From Mustelus asterias (lineage: Eukaryota): a stretch of DNA of 64,000 nt. The stretch is from contig NW_027590189.1 in NCBI RefSeq assembly GCF_964213995.1, positions 186,001-250,000 of the forward strand, given 5' to 3'. Below are positions 23,333 to 34,683 of the stretch, piece after piece; position 1 is the first letter of the stretch, and each line of letters opens with the position of its first letter. The position numbers and the translations under genes are program-made. The notes beneath the pieces are model-generated. The model saw only the letters and a program-made list of their open reading frames with translations, had not been told where the DNA came from and ran no database searches.

Positions 23333-24511
23333 ATGGAGAAACCATTCAAATGTGGGGACTGTGGGAAGAGATACAGAGCCCCATCTCTGCTGGAAGCTCA
23401 TCGGCGCAGCCACACTGGGGAGAGGCCGTTCACCTGCTCTCAGTGTGGGGAGGGATTCACTCTGTCATCCAGCCTGCAGTCACACCAGCGAGTTCACACT
23501 GGGGAGAGACCGTTCACCTGCTCTCAGTGTGGGAAGGGATTCACTCGGTCATCCAGCCTGCAGTCACACCAGCGAGTTCACACTGGAGAGAGGCCATTCA
23601 CCTGCTCTCAGTGTGGGAAGGGATTCACTCAGTCATCCCACCTTCAGAGACACCAGCGAGTTCACACTGGGGAGAGGCCATTCACCTGCTCTCAGTGTGG
23701 GAAGGGATTCACTCAGTTATCCCACCTGCGGATACACCAGCGAGTTCACACTGGGGAGAGGCCATTCACTTGCTCTCAATGTGGGAAGGGATTCACTCAG
23801 TCATCCCAGCTGCAGATACACCAGCGAGTTCACACTGGGGAGAGGCCGTTCACCTGCTCTCAGTGTGGGAAGGGATTCACTCGGTCAATCAACCTGCTGA
23901 CTCACCAGCGAGTTCACACTGGGGAGAGGCCATTAATCTGCTCGCAGTGTGGGAAGGGATTCACTCAGTTATCCAGCCTGCAGACACACCAGCGAGTTCA
24001 CACTGGGGAGAGGCCATTAATCTGCTCGCAGTGTGGGAAGGGATTCACGCAGTTATCCAGCCTGCAGACACACCAGCGAGTTCACACTGGGGAGAGGCCA
24101 TTAATCTGCTCGCAGTGTGGGAAGGGATTCACGCAGTCATCCCACTTGCAGACACACCAGCGAATTCACACTGGGGAGAGGCCATTCACCTGCTCTCAAT
24201 GTGGGAAGGGATTCATTGAGTTATCCAGCCTGCAGAAACACCAGCGAGTTCACACTGGGGAGAGGCCATTCACCTGCTCTCAGTGTGGGAAGGGATTCAC
24301 TCAGTCATCCAGTCTGCGGACACACCAGCGAGTTCACACTGGGGAGAGGCCGTTCACCTGCTCTCAGTGTGGGAAGGGATTCACTCAGTTATCCAGCCTG
24401 CGGACACACCAGCGAGTTCACATTGGGGAGAGGCCATTCATCTGCTCTCAGTGTGGGAAGGGATTCACAGTTTCATCCCAGCTGCTGAGACATCAACAAG
24501 TTCACGAGTGA
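23333..24511 (+). CDS. C2H2 zinc-finger protein, 14 highly homogenised fingers
   Basis: accATGG at 23333 ([10 protein letters not shown]); 84-bp repeats of [28 protein letters not shown]; upstream exon ~22748-22813, acceptor at 22981. Confidence 0.9.
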   Translation: MEKPFKCGDCGKRYRAPSLLEAHRRSHTGERPFTCSQCGEGFTLSSSLQSHQRVHTGERPFTCSQCGKGFTRSSSLQSHQRVHTGERPFTCSQCGKGFTQSSHLQRHQRVHTGERPFTCSQCGKGFTQLSHLRIHQRVHTGERPFTCSQCGKGFTQSSQLQIHQRVHTGERPFTCSQCGKGFTRSINLLTHQRVHTGERPLICSQCGKGFTQLSSLQTHQRVHTGERPLICSQCGKGFTQLSSLQTHQRVHTGERPLICSQCGKGFTQSSHLQTHQRIHTGERPFTCSQCGKGFIELSSLQKHQRVHTGERPFTCSQCGKGFTQSSSLRTHQRVHTGERPFTCSQCGKGFTQLSSLRTHQRVHIGERPFICSQCGKGFTVSSQLLRHQQVHE

Positions 24512-24737
24512 TTCCCAGGGGTAGGATTCTGCTGTTATTGTTTCTGCTCTCAATTACACCCAGGGCTGCATTTTGTTCATTCTCACAGTTGGTCAATGGG
24601 GAGGGTCAGAGGGTTTCTTTGTGCTGGACTGGCTGGTCTCAGCCTCCAGTGGGCTGATGCTCTTTGAGTCTTTTTGTGAATACCTGGTTTCAAATGTCAC
24701 AAGGATCACAGAGTGACAGGGTGTTAGGAGGTTTTGA

Positions 24738-25810
24738 GATATTTAGTCAGAAGAAAACAGAGGTTGGCAGTGCAAAGGTACATTTCTGAATGGAGGGCTG
24801 TGACAAATGACGTTCCTCAGGGATCAGTGCTGGGACTTTTGCTGTTTGTAATATATGTAAATGATTTGGAGGAAAATGTAACTGGTTTTATTGGTAAGTT
24901 TGTGGACGACACAAAGGTTAGTGGAATTGCGGATAACGATGGGGACCGGCAGAGGATACAGCAGGACATGGATCAGTTGGAGACTTGGGCGAAGAGATGG
25001 CAGATGAAGTTTAATCTGGACAAATGTGAGGTAATGCATTTTGGAAGGTCTAATACAGATGGGATATGTACAGTAAATGGCAGAACCCTTAAGAGTATTG
25101 ATAGGCAGAGGGATCTGGGTGTACAGGTACACAGGTCATTGAAAGTGGCAATGCAGGTGGGGAAGATAGTCAAGAATGCATACGACATGCTTGCCTTCAT
25201 CGGCCGGGGCATTGAGTTTAAAAATTGGCAAGTCATGTTGCAGCTTTATAGAACCTTAGTTAAACCGCACTTGGAATCTAGTGTTCAATTCTGGTCACCA
25301 CACTACCAGAAGGATGTGGAGGCTTTGGAGAGGGTCTGGAAAATATTTATCAGGATGTTGCCTGGTGTGGAGGGCATTAGCTATGAGGAGAAGTTGGAGA
25401 AACTTGGTTTGTTCTCACTGGAACAACGGAGGTTGAGGAGGGCAACCTGATAGAAGTCTACAAGATTATGAGGGGCACGGACAGAGTGGATAATCTGAAG
25501 CTTTTTCCCAGGGTGGAAGAGTCAATTACTAGGGGCGTAGGTTTAAGGTGTGAGGGGCAAGGTTTAAAGGAGATTTACGAGGCAGGTTCTTTACACAGAG
25601 GTTGGTGGGTGCCTGGAACTCGTTGCCGGGGAAGGTAGTGGAAGCAGATACGATAGTGACTTTTAAGATGTGTCTTGACAAATATATGAATAGCATAGGA
25701 ATAGAGGGATATGGTCCCCGGAAAGGTAGGGGGTTTTAGTTCAGACGGGCAGCATGGTTGCTACAGGCTTGGAGGGCCAAAGGGCTTGTTTCTGTGCTGT
25801 AATTTTATAG
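24738..25810 (+). mobile_element. 5'-truncated CR1 LINE
   Basis: VPQGSVLG, KFVDDTK, YRTLVKPHLE; same subfamily as 4078-5043. Confidence 0.9.
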
Positions 25811-25817
25811 AGAATAT

Positions 25818-25984
25818 AATAGAATCCCTACAGTACAAAAGGAGGCCATTCAGCCCATCGAGCCTGTTCCGACCACAATCCCACCCAGGCCCTACTCCCG
25901 TAAACTCACATTTACCCTGCTAATCCCCCTGACACTAGGATCAATTTAGTATGGCCAATCAACCTAACCTGCACATCTTTGGAC
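25818..25984 (-). mobile_element. HE1-type SINE 3' half
   Basis: atagaatccctacagt..cacatctttggac. Confidence 0.75.
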
Positions 25985-26494
25985 ATTTATTGGTGAAACT
26001 AACAATGCAATAACACGAAGGGCCGATAGTTAACAGTGCTATAAAACAGGCGGATGTGATCATCAACAGAGCCCAATTCCCTAAACCTTTCTCATATAGA
26101 CTTTCACCCGTGCCCTCCTGGCGACCCCACAACATCTCCATCTCCCGTGGTCCAGCGCCACATCAACACGTCCCCCCAGGATGCACATCAGAACTGGAGG
26201 CAGCCAGCTGCACTCCGCACCCATTTGCCTGTGATGCCCCTGGCAGGCGTCTGCTGGAGAGCTGGGACCTAGAGGGGTCCAGCCGTCTTCCTGGTGATAT
26301 GGATGTATCCTTGCCTTGCTGTTCACCCTGCTGCTCTTGAGATGCACCGGTGTCAGGAAAGGGGGAGTCGGAAATCGCTGCATCCCATCGGCTGGAATCC
26401 CCCGGGTGGAAGGCCCCAGCACCGTCCCCAGGCCCCCCTCCTCCCTCGAGGCGCCAATGGACCCCTGGGTCACTCCATGGGACGGTGAAGCTGA

Positions 26495-26750
26495 CTCGGG
26501 GGAGGGAGCGGTGATTGGGAAATTCTGCAGGGGTGCTGATTGAGGAGGGGGTTAGGGGGGGGAGCTCTGCAGGAGTCCTGATGGGGGAGGGAGCTGGTGA
26601 TCGGGGAAACTCTGCAGGGGTGGTGATCGGGGAGGGGGCGAGAGGGAGAACTCTGCAGGGATGCTGATTGGGGGGAGGGGTTGGTGATTTGGGGGAAACG
26701 CTACAGATGAGGAGATTGGTGGGGCGATTTCTGTGGGGAGGGGGGGATGT
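26495..26750. repeat. G-rich imperfect tandem repeat (~40 bp units, ctctgcagg core)
   Basis: About 5 units such as ggggagggagc..gattgggaaattctgcagggg. Confidence 0.6.
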
Positions 26751-27549
26751 CCACTGAAGATGGAAACTGGGAGGATGGAGCGCATGCACAATGACACCCC
26801 TCCAGATCAGCAGCTGGCTTCCCCAGCAAGTTTAGGTCCCTCCCTTTCCTCCTGCAGTGAGGATTATATTGTGACTGTTTTTGACTAAGTGCCACAAGAT
26901 TGCTTTTTTTAATTTGCCCAAGAAACGAGTTTGAAACTTTTCTCACTCATTCAGCACTTCGAATTTTTTACATGGAATTCCACCCGATGTCTTTTGGTTC
27001 TAAACCAATGGAAACAGACATGCATTTTATCAAAACCTCTCAAAAGTTTGAATATCACGATTAAATCTTTCCTTAACCTTTCCTGCTCTCATCCAGGTAA
27101 AGAATATTCCCCCTTACTCCTGATTTATACCTTGTGAATCATGGCAAGCCTTTGGGGAGTCATTAAGTGAGTAACCTGCCACAAAACTCCCAACCTCTGA
27201 TCTGCTCTTGTAACCTCAGTATTTAAATGACTGGTCAATGGTAACCCCAAAGTTATTGCTGGTGGGGCATTCACTGATGGTAATGCCATTGAATATCATG
27301 GGAAGGTGGTTCGATTTTCTTGCTGGAAATAGATATTTCCTGATAATTATGTGGTGTCAGTATGAATTGACAATCAGCTCCAACCTGAATGTTGTCCTGG
27401 TCCTGCGCTGCATGCGGGCAGCTTCAGTATTCAGAGTTGTGAATGGTCATATACACTGCAATCATCAGTGAACATCCCCGTTTCCCACCCTACGGTGGGG
27501 AGACGGTAATTAATGAAGCAGCTGAAAATGATTAGGCCCAGGAGACATG

Positions 27550-27965
27550 AGGAACAACAAAATATATTTATATAGCGCCTTAAAGTAATAAAACATCCAG
27601 GGAGCATTGTAAAATAAAGTATGATATTGAGCCACAAAGAAGATATTTGGTTAGATGACCAAAAGTTTGGTCAAAGTGGTAGATTTTAAGGGGTGTGTTA
27701 AAGGAGTAAAGCGAGGTGGAGAGTTGGAGACGTGTAGGGATGGTATTCCAGAGGTTGGAGCCTAAGCAACTGAAGGTAGAGCTTGCAATGGTGAAGCAAG
27801 GTCAGGGACAAACTAAAGACCAGAATTAGAGCAGTGTCATATATTGAGGGTTGTGGGGCTTATCGGAGATTATAGATATTGGGACAGGCAAGGTCATGGA
27901 GTGATTGGAAACCAAGGATGAGAATTTTAATGTTAAGTTGTTGCTTTACTGGGTGGATCATCGTG
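27550..27965 (-). mobile_element. L2-type LINE 3' end
   Basis: aacaacaaaatatatttatatagcgcctt terminus; minus-strand ILGFQSLHDLACPNIYNL (xxxFKxLHxLAPxYLxxL-type). Confidence 0.55.
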
Positions 27966-29212
27966 CACAAGGGTGATAGTGGAATAACACTTAATGTGAG
28001 TTTAAACATGGCCAGCAGAGTTTTAGATGAACCCTGCAGTGACCTTTGCAGTGATGACTGACCTCCAACAACCACAGCCATCCTCGTCTGTACCTGGTAT
28101 ATCCCCAACCGGCGGAGAGTTCCCCCCGCCCCCCAACTCCCACCGATTCCAACCCTGTGCAGGTCCCTTTCTGCCACACTCAGTCAAATGATGTCTTGAT
28201 GGATTTTCTTTGGTTTTTTTTGTTTTGTTTTGTTTTTTTTGTTTAAAGAAAACAAAATTTTCTTTGTTCTTCGTTCTGTTTGGAACATCCCAAATGCCCA
28301 TCCAATTTCCTTTTTAATTGTTTATTGTCTCCACTTCCTCCACCCTCGTAGTCAGCGGGTTTCAGGTCATTACCATTCGCTGCATCAGAATATTCTTCCT
28401 CACATCTCCCCCCCACCGCCCCCCCCACCCCCCACTCCCCCCCCCTCCCACTCCCCCCCTGCATCTCTGACCCAAAACAAGAAATCTGTGTCCCCCCTCG
28501 TCCTTGTCCCTTCAGCTAATGAGAACAGCTTTTCTTTGTCCACCTTATCTAAACCTGTCAGAATCTTGTCCACCTCTATCAAATCTCCCCTCAATCTCCT
28601 TTGCTCCAAGGGGAACAACCCCAGCCTGACATTGACAATAAAGAACAAACTAACAGAATATGTTCCTGTCTGAAATCAAATGGGAATGTTTAATTTCTGT
28701 TTTAAAGATATTGTGAATATATTGTCCTGGACAATAAAGGAATCAGCAATAACTGAGCAAGAAGAAGTCGGTTTCAATGTGCAATTGACTGGAATATTGT
28801 CTCTGGATTTAAACAGTGGAGAAACTGCAAACATGAAAGAAAATAAATTTCAAAATGTGAACTCTGTACAGACTGTTTTCAAAATAGAACTTGAAAATTC
28901 ACAACTGAACAACAATGAAGACTCTCCTTTTGCAGGAGGAACTTTGGACTATAATTATTGTAAAAAGAAAAGTTTCAGAAAAGACTGCAAGCAGTAATTT
29001 CCATCTTCAGTGGACTGAATTCCTGGACATGGAACCCAGCAGTGTGCTGTTACCAAGCTGGACTTGTGAATGTGAAGTGGACAATGGAGGGATTATTATG
29101 TCTATTGCAGGTTATAAGATAGATCAACATAGGAAAACAGTGGATTTAGGAACAGGAGGAGGCCATTTGGCCCTTCGAGCCTGCTCTGCCATTCAATAAG
29201 ATCATGGCTGTT

Positions 29213-30705
29213 GTTAAGATATACAGCATGTTGTATATTGTAATATTCTAAATGGGATATTATGAAGGTGATACATTTCCATTTCTTCCTGTTTTTGTTC
29301 CAAAAATCTAATTTCATAATTCCTATGTTTTAGAAATAAGAATTAGTTGCAAGAATTGCTTTTAAAAAATGGAAAACCTGGGTTGAGAATCTGACAAGAA
29401 CACCCTCAAGGAATTCGCAGTCACAAAGCATGACCCATGTTGGTTTAAGAAGTCAAAACTCGAGAAGTAAGAACTGTAAAAGGTCAGCTGGATCTTTTAG
29501 CTGGAGACATTGGGTCTGACAATTATTGTACTGTTTTTGTTAGGTGAATTCTTCATGCAGACCTCAGGGAAAAAGGGTTTAGTTTTGAAGCTAAATCTGT
29601 CAGATATTCCACCTGGTCTCTGTTACCATGGGGATATGTGATTCAGGGTGGAGCCTCGGTTAGAATTAGACCATAAGATATCGGAGCAGAATTAGGCTAT
29701 TCGGCCCATCAAATCTGCTGTGCCATTCGATCATGGCTGATAAATCTCAATCCCATTCTCCTGCCTTTTCCCCGGAACCTTTGAGTCCTTTCCAATCAGT
29801 GACCTGGTTCCAGCGGACAGTCTGCAGTTAGCTTGGAAGCCACCAGTTGTGGGACCAGGAGCTGTGAACCAGCTGTGGGACGAGAAGCCTAGAGGACCGT
29901 TGGAAACCAGGGGTGTTTCCAACATTTAAATGCCTCAGCAAGAATGCAGTGAAGCCCATGTTTAGACTGAGGAGTCCACAGTTTGAGAGCTTAAAGGAAA
30001 ATTGGAGGCTTGTTTAGTGAAAAGATAATGGATGGACTCCCATAAACTCTTGGCCTCTTTTTAGGTCAAACCGAATAAACAAACTCAAATTACGTCAGGA
30101 CAAAGTAAAAGGGGCAGCTCCCCAAAAGGAGGGGGAACAGCCCGAACAAAAATCAAAGTACAAAGGAAACTTAAAAACATCAAATTAAAATGTGATTATC
30201 AGGGTCGATAACGCACCCCAACCCCTGCGGTGCCCAGCGGGCACGGAAGGCATCAACCGCGCCCGTGGACACCGCATGCTCCCTCTCCAGGGACACCTGG
30301 CTGTGAATGTAGCCGCAGTAGAGGGGCAGACAGTCAGGATGGACGGCTCCCTCGATCGCCCGCTGCCTGGGGAGAATATCTGGTGTACTGGGGAGAATTA
30401 AAGTGAATTGTGGAGAGCTTTGACATACCTTTGGGATGGTCCTAGGACCAGAAGTGAATGAAACTTCAAGATATTGTTAAGTATAAAGAAACTCTTGAGG
30501 TAAAAAAATAGAACTCGGTTTATATCATAAATCTTTATTGAGTGTAGTATTCAATTTGTAGTGTTGTCTTTTAAAATTTTATTTAAACATACAGTAAAGT
30601 TTGTTTTTGTTTAAAAATGTGGAATCTTGTGATGTAATTCTTTCAGTTAATCACCGGGTGTTCGAATTTCTCTGCAAACGTTAACAGTCCTGACCGGGAT
30701 CGCAA
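29213..30705 (+). mobile_element. Probable solo LTR, interrupted by a Tx1 fragment
   Basis: TGTT start, AT-rich 3' part, ends gaccgggatcgcaa (cf. gatcgtaaca end at 31925 on minus); no coding signal. Confidence 0.35.
30053..30370 (-). mobile_element. Tx1-clade LINE 3' fragment (same family as 6197)
   Basis: Reverse complement closely matches 6270-6604, ending gacctaaaaagaggc|caa. Confidence 0.75.
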
Positions 30706-31516
30706 AAATTCACACAGTGTTTCAAAACAAATCGAAGAAAAAGATGGTTTTTCTCCTTCAGTCCAAATGTTACACATGAAGAGACCCTCTTCTGGTATCT
30801 CCAATAATTTGTTGCTTTGAGCAATTCTTTTCATGGAACAATCAGATAATTGATGACTGAAAATGGAACTAATTGTATCCCTTTAAAGCAGGAGGGCGAT
30901 CGCCCGGCACAGAGGGGAATTCGGGATTTCTCCCACAGACCAATTGACAGGGATTCTACCCTCCAACCACCTGAAGTGAATTCTTTACATGAATCATCCG
31001 TGCCAGTGCAGTTATCAACTTGCAGTTTGGCTGATCAGAAAATGCTTTGTTGCTGATTTTCCTTGTGTTAGGAAGTGACAGTGCCAAGGCCAGATCTTGT
31101 TTCCTCCTTGATCGGGATGTAACCCGTGTCCACATCGCCACTTCATTCTTCCACTGGTTGTATGGTTCAGACTCCGAGAGCATCAGCAGGTAATCAGACC
31201 CTGACAATTCCCACTGCCTTTCAGTCATTTCTCACAAAAGCTGCTGGGATTGTAAGCTTCTGTCTGAAATATACTTTCTTTTAGTTTCCAACCTTCACCA
31301 TTAGACAAGCATTTTCTGTTACCATGTTATAATCCTGACAGCCTTGGGGTGGAGTCAATCTTTATTTGGTATAGATTTGTTCACAGAATCAAACATTACA
31401 GGCTCAACTCTGACTCCAAGCTATATTAGTGAGTCCCACTTTTTACCTGCTCATTATAACTATCTCATCAGTGCCCTCCATCTGAATAAACTTAACCTCT
31501 ATTGGTATAATTAACA
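30706..31516 (-). mobile_element. Internally deleted Ty1/copia (GalEa-like) element: 5' LTR, PBS, gag start, RNase H end
   Basis: LTR TGTTAA..ATAACA 31516-31325, PBS TGGTAACAGAAAATG, gag SESEPYNQWKNEVAMWTRVT..KQDLALALSLP, and HQLSDCSMKR..KLLEIPEEG. Confidence 0.65.
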
Positions 31517-31549
31517 GCCACAGTCAGAGCATCCAAAAGATCACTAATG

Positions 31550-31745
31550 GGTGTGACTGCCATGGTGTCTCAGCAGCTTGGGTGAACAAGTGAATCCTTT
31601 CCCACACACTGAGCAGGTGAATGGTCTCAGTTTGGAAACGAAGGGAAAATAACATTTCAGGCAGAAGCTTCCAATCTGGTAGTTTTTATGAGAAATCGCT
31701 GAAAGTGAGTGGGAATTATCAGGGTCTCTTCCCCAGTGTGAATTC
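31550..31745 (-). pseudogene. Single terminal ZNF finger remnant split by a 96-bp insert
   Basis: [22 protein letters not shown]; linker HTGK..RP interrupted at 31629-31727. Confidence 0.7.
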
Positions 31746-31769
31746 CCTAATGTTCCAGTAGGTTGTTTG

Positions 31770-31897
31770 GTCATCAGGTGAGAAGGAGCAGCGCGCTGAA
31801 AGCTCGTGATTCGAAATAAACCTGTTGGACTTTAACCAGGTGTTGTGAGACGTCTTACTGTGCCCACCCCAGTCCAACACCGGCATCTCCACATCAT
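31770..31897. mobile_element. Penelope-like terminal fragment
   Basis: gaaggagcagcgcgctgaaagct (degenerate hammerhead-like core) + aaataaacctgttggactttaacc..cggcatctccacatcat. Confidence 0.6.
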
Positions 31898-32216
31898 ATG
31901 CACCAACACCAGACATATCAATGTTGTTACGATCCTCATGGTCACCTTATAATAAACAAATTCCCACAAATCCCAATGGAATAAACAAAGACAATGTTTC
32001 ATTTTAAAAAATTTTTACTTTAAAAATTAATCTAAAATTAACATCACTGAATCATGCATTAAGAAACAGTATTTGAATAGACAGGATAAATTAAACTTTA
32101 AAACGCTCAGACAATAAAAACAGGTTCCACAAAATCACAAACATTCCCCCCTCAGTATATTTGGCTCTAATTCCAGTTCCAGAGTCCACAACTCTCTGAA
32201 TTTCCCAGGGGGGGGA

Positions 32217-32549
32217 AATCATAGAAATCATAGAAGCCCTACAGTGCAGAAGGAGGCCATTCGGCCCATCGAGTCTGCACCGACCACAATCCCACCCAGG
32301 CCCTACCCCCACATATTTACCCGCTAATCCCGCTAACCTACACATCTCAGGAGTCTAAGGGGCAATTTTTAACCTGGCCAATCAACCTAACCCGCACATC
32401 TTTGGACTGTGGGAGGAAACCGGAGCACCCGGAGGAAACCCACGCAGACACGAGGAGAATGTGCAAACTCCACACAGTGACCCGAGCCGGGAATCGAACC
32501 CGGGATCCTGGAGCTGTGAAGCAGCAGTGCTAACCACTGTGCTACCGTG
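32217..32549 (-). mobile_element. HE1-type SINE, full length
   Basis: (catagaaat)2 tail to cacggtagcacagtggttagc head; nearly identical to 45467 and 46450 copies. Confidence 0.9.
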
Positions 32550-33155
32550 GTTAGCACTGCTGCTTCACAGATTTACCCTTAACCGTTATGGGTAACCGTG
32601 AGATTTACCCTTAACCGTGGTTAAGGGTAAAGATATGGCACCCGGTGGAGACAGAGACTAGCACTAACTTTGACTACTGTGAAGAAGGTGCAGTCCCTGC
32701 CCATTGACTTGGTCAGTTCTAATAAATCAGTTAATCATACCATCCAAACAAGGATGTTTGATCTCGAGACCACAATCATTTTATACATATACTGTGGCAG
32801 CTACTTCTTGCACCACAACTGATACAGTTTAAACCAAATAGAGTTCAAAGTTTTCTGTAGTACTCGCTAAATAAACATCTTCCTCAGACGGTGCTGAGTC
32901 TGATATCTGTGGCTGCCACACAGGTAACTCATCCACTCTCCAACCAGTCGATCAACTCTTCGCTTGAAAAACCTCAGTCTTGTCTGAATCTCTAGATTCA
33001 GTGGCAGAGAATGACGGAGATTGTCTGGATCAGAGATTCCATATTTTTGGGATCAGGGAGACCACCTGCATTCCAGGATCATCCATTGGACCATTTGGCA
33101 AGCAGGCAATGCCATCACAGGAAACACCCCTCAGCTCCTTGTCCAGGTTGTCAGG

Positions 33156-33422
33156 TCAGCTCCTGGAGCAGTTGAGTTTGATGGAGTAGGCGAGGTCAGC
33201 CAGGTAGGCCAGGAAGTTGAGGACGAGCAGGGAGGTGAAGAGGAGCAGCTGGTTCCGCCGGCAGTCCACCCGCGAGCACTCGTCCAGCCAGTCGGCGTGG
33301 CGGGTCAGGTGGAGACCCCAGGCCAGCAGCACGGCCAGCTGGAGCAGGGCGGCCAGGCTGCTGGAGGCCAGCAGGAGGCGGCTGAGGGGCAGCTGGCCGC
33401 AGGCCCGGCACTCCCCAACCAT
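33156..33422 (-). pseudogene. MYADM: MYADM-like (MARVEL domain) C-terminal coding fragment
   Basis: GECRACGQLPLSRLLL..LLAW..C..C.RNQLLLFTSLLVLNFLAYLADLAYS resembles the MYADM C-terminal MARVEL (GECT..P..FL..LW..LTxxNLLAYxxDLxxS); very GC-rich, N-terminal part absent. Confidence 0.6.
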
Positions 33423-33464
33423 AAAAGAAAGTGTTTTCCTCACGGATGTTGTCCAGAGGAGGAG

Positions 33465-34039
33465 GTTTGAGTCTGTGTGTGAAGTTTGAGTCTGTGGTGA
33501 AGTTTGAGTCTGTGTGTGAAGTTTGAGTCTGTGGTGAAGTTTGAGTCTGTGTGTGAAGTTTGAGTCTGTGGTGAAGTTTGAGTCTGTGGTGAAGTTTGAG
33601 TCTGTGGTGAAGTTTGAGTCTGTGTGTGAAGTTTGAGTCTGTGGTGAAGTTTGAGTCTGTGTGTGAAGTTTGAGTCTGTGGTGAAGTTTGAGTCTGTGTG
33701 TGAAGTTTGAGTCTGTGTGTGAAGTTTGAGTCTGTGGTGAAGTTTGAGTCTGTGTGTGAAGTTTGAGTCTGTGGTGAAGTTTGAGTCAGTGTGTGAAGTT
33801 TGAGTCTGTGTGTGAAGTTTGAGTCTGTGGTGAAGTTTGAGTCTGTGGTGAAGTTTGAGTCTGTGTGTGAAGTTTGAGTCTGTGTGTGAAGTTTGAGTCT
33901 GTGTGTGAAGTTTGAGTCTGTGGTGAAGTTTGAGTCTGTGTGTGAAGTTTGAGTCTGTGGTGAAGTTTGAGTCTGTGGGTGAAGTTTGAGTCTGTGTGTG
34001 AAGTTTGAGTCTGTGGTGAAGTTTGAGTCTGTGGTGAAG
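33465..34039. repeat. Minisatellite, ~31 units of 18/19 bp (gtttgagtctgtg[t]gtgaa)
   Basis: Direct reading; unit matches the single-copy gaagtttgagtctgtctgaag of ZNF exon 1 at ~20507. Confidence 0.95.
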
Positions 34040-34129
34040 CTACAAACAGAAGCTGTTCTGTTTCAAATCAAACTGCGGGACTTGGAAGAAAATGATGGGA
34101 AGAGATTTTGCAAAGTTCCCTCCCCCACT

Positions 34130-34595
34130 CCCTCAGCTGGCAGACCAGCGCGCAGGCGCAGAGAGCGCTGCTGAGTTGAGCTGTCCGGAGCAGGCGCAGA
34201 GAGCGCTGCTGAGCCGAGCTGTCCGGAGCAGGCGCAGAGAGCGCTGCTGAGCCGAGCTGTCCGGAGCAGGCGCAGTGCGGCTGCCGCCAGCGGTCGCTCT
34301 CGATCTCTTTTTGGAGCCGCAGCCGCCGTAGAGAGAGGGGGCGGGGGAGATCACCGAGCGGCTTCTCGCTCTGGCCGGAGCCGCCAGCCGGTTGCCTGGA
34401 AACCTTGGCTGGAGGAGGTGCAGGAGGAGGGGAATGGGTGGGGGCGGGGCTCCCGTGTCCGCGCGCCCGGGCCTGCGCACTGAAACCACAGGACGTCACC
34501 GCGGAGCAGACTTATTCTTATTGGCTAATTCACGCGAGGTTCCATTGTGACGTCACAATGCGGAAGTTGGCCAATGAGGTTCAGAGTGAAACTTA
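34130..34595. promoter_or_regulatory. CpG-island bidirectional ZNF promoter
   Basis: NRF1-like gcgcaggcgca, GC boxes, CRE tgacgtca (~34548), ETS cggaagt, CCAAT; exon-1 homologs on both sides. Confidence 0.7.
34152..34276. repeat. 38-bp tandem repeat x3.3 within a CpG island
   Basis: gcaggcgcagagagcgctgctgag(c/t)(c/t)gagctgtccgga. Confidence 0.9.
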
Positions 34596-34683
34596 CTGTT
34601 CCCCCTCCTTTTGGGGAGCTGCCCCCTTTACTTTGGCCTGACTTAATCTGAGTTTGTTTATTTGGTTTGACCTAAAAAAAGGG
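34596..34683 (+). mobile_element. Tx1-clade LINE 3'UTR fragment (88 bp)
   Basis: Matches 6500-6604 and the reverse complement of 30053-30140. Confidence 0.75.

Noticed and set aside
23266-24657. Long alternative-frame ORFs over ZNF arrays ([14 protein letters not shown].. and [15 protein letters not shown].. repeats)
   Set aside because: By-product of a homogenised 84-bp unit lacking stops in shifted frames; they break at random positions among paralogs.
33465-34039. CRISPR-like array
   Set aside because: Units are contiguous with no unique spacers and the context is eukaryotic; it is a minisatellite.
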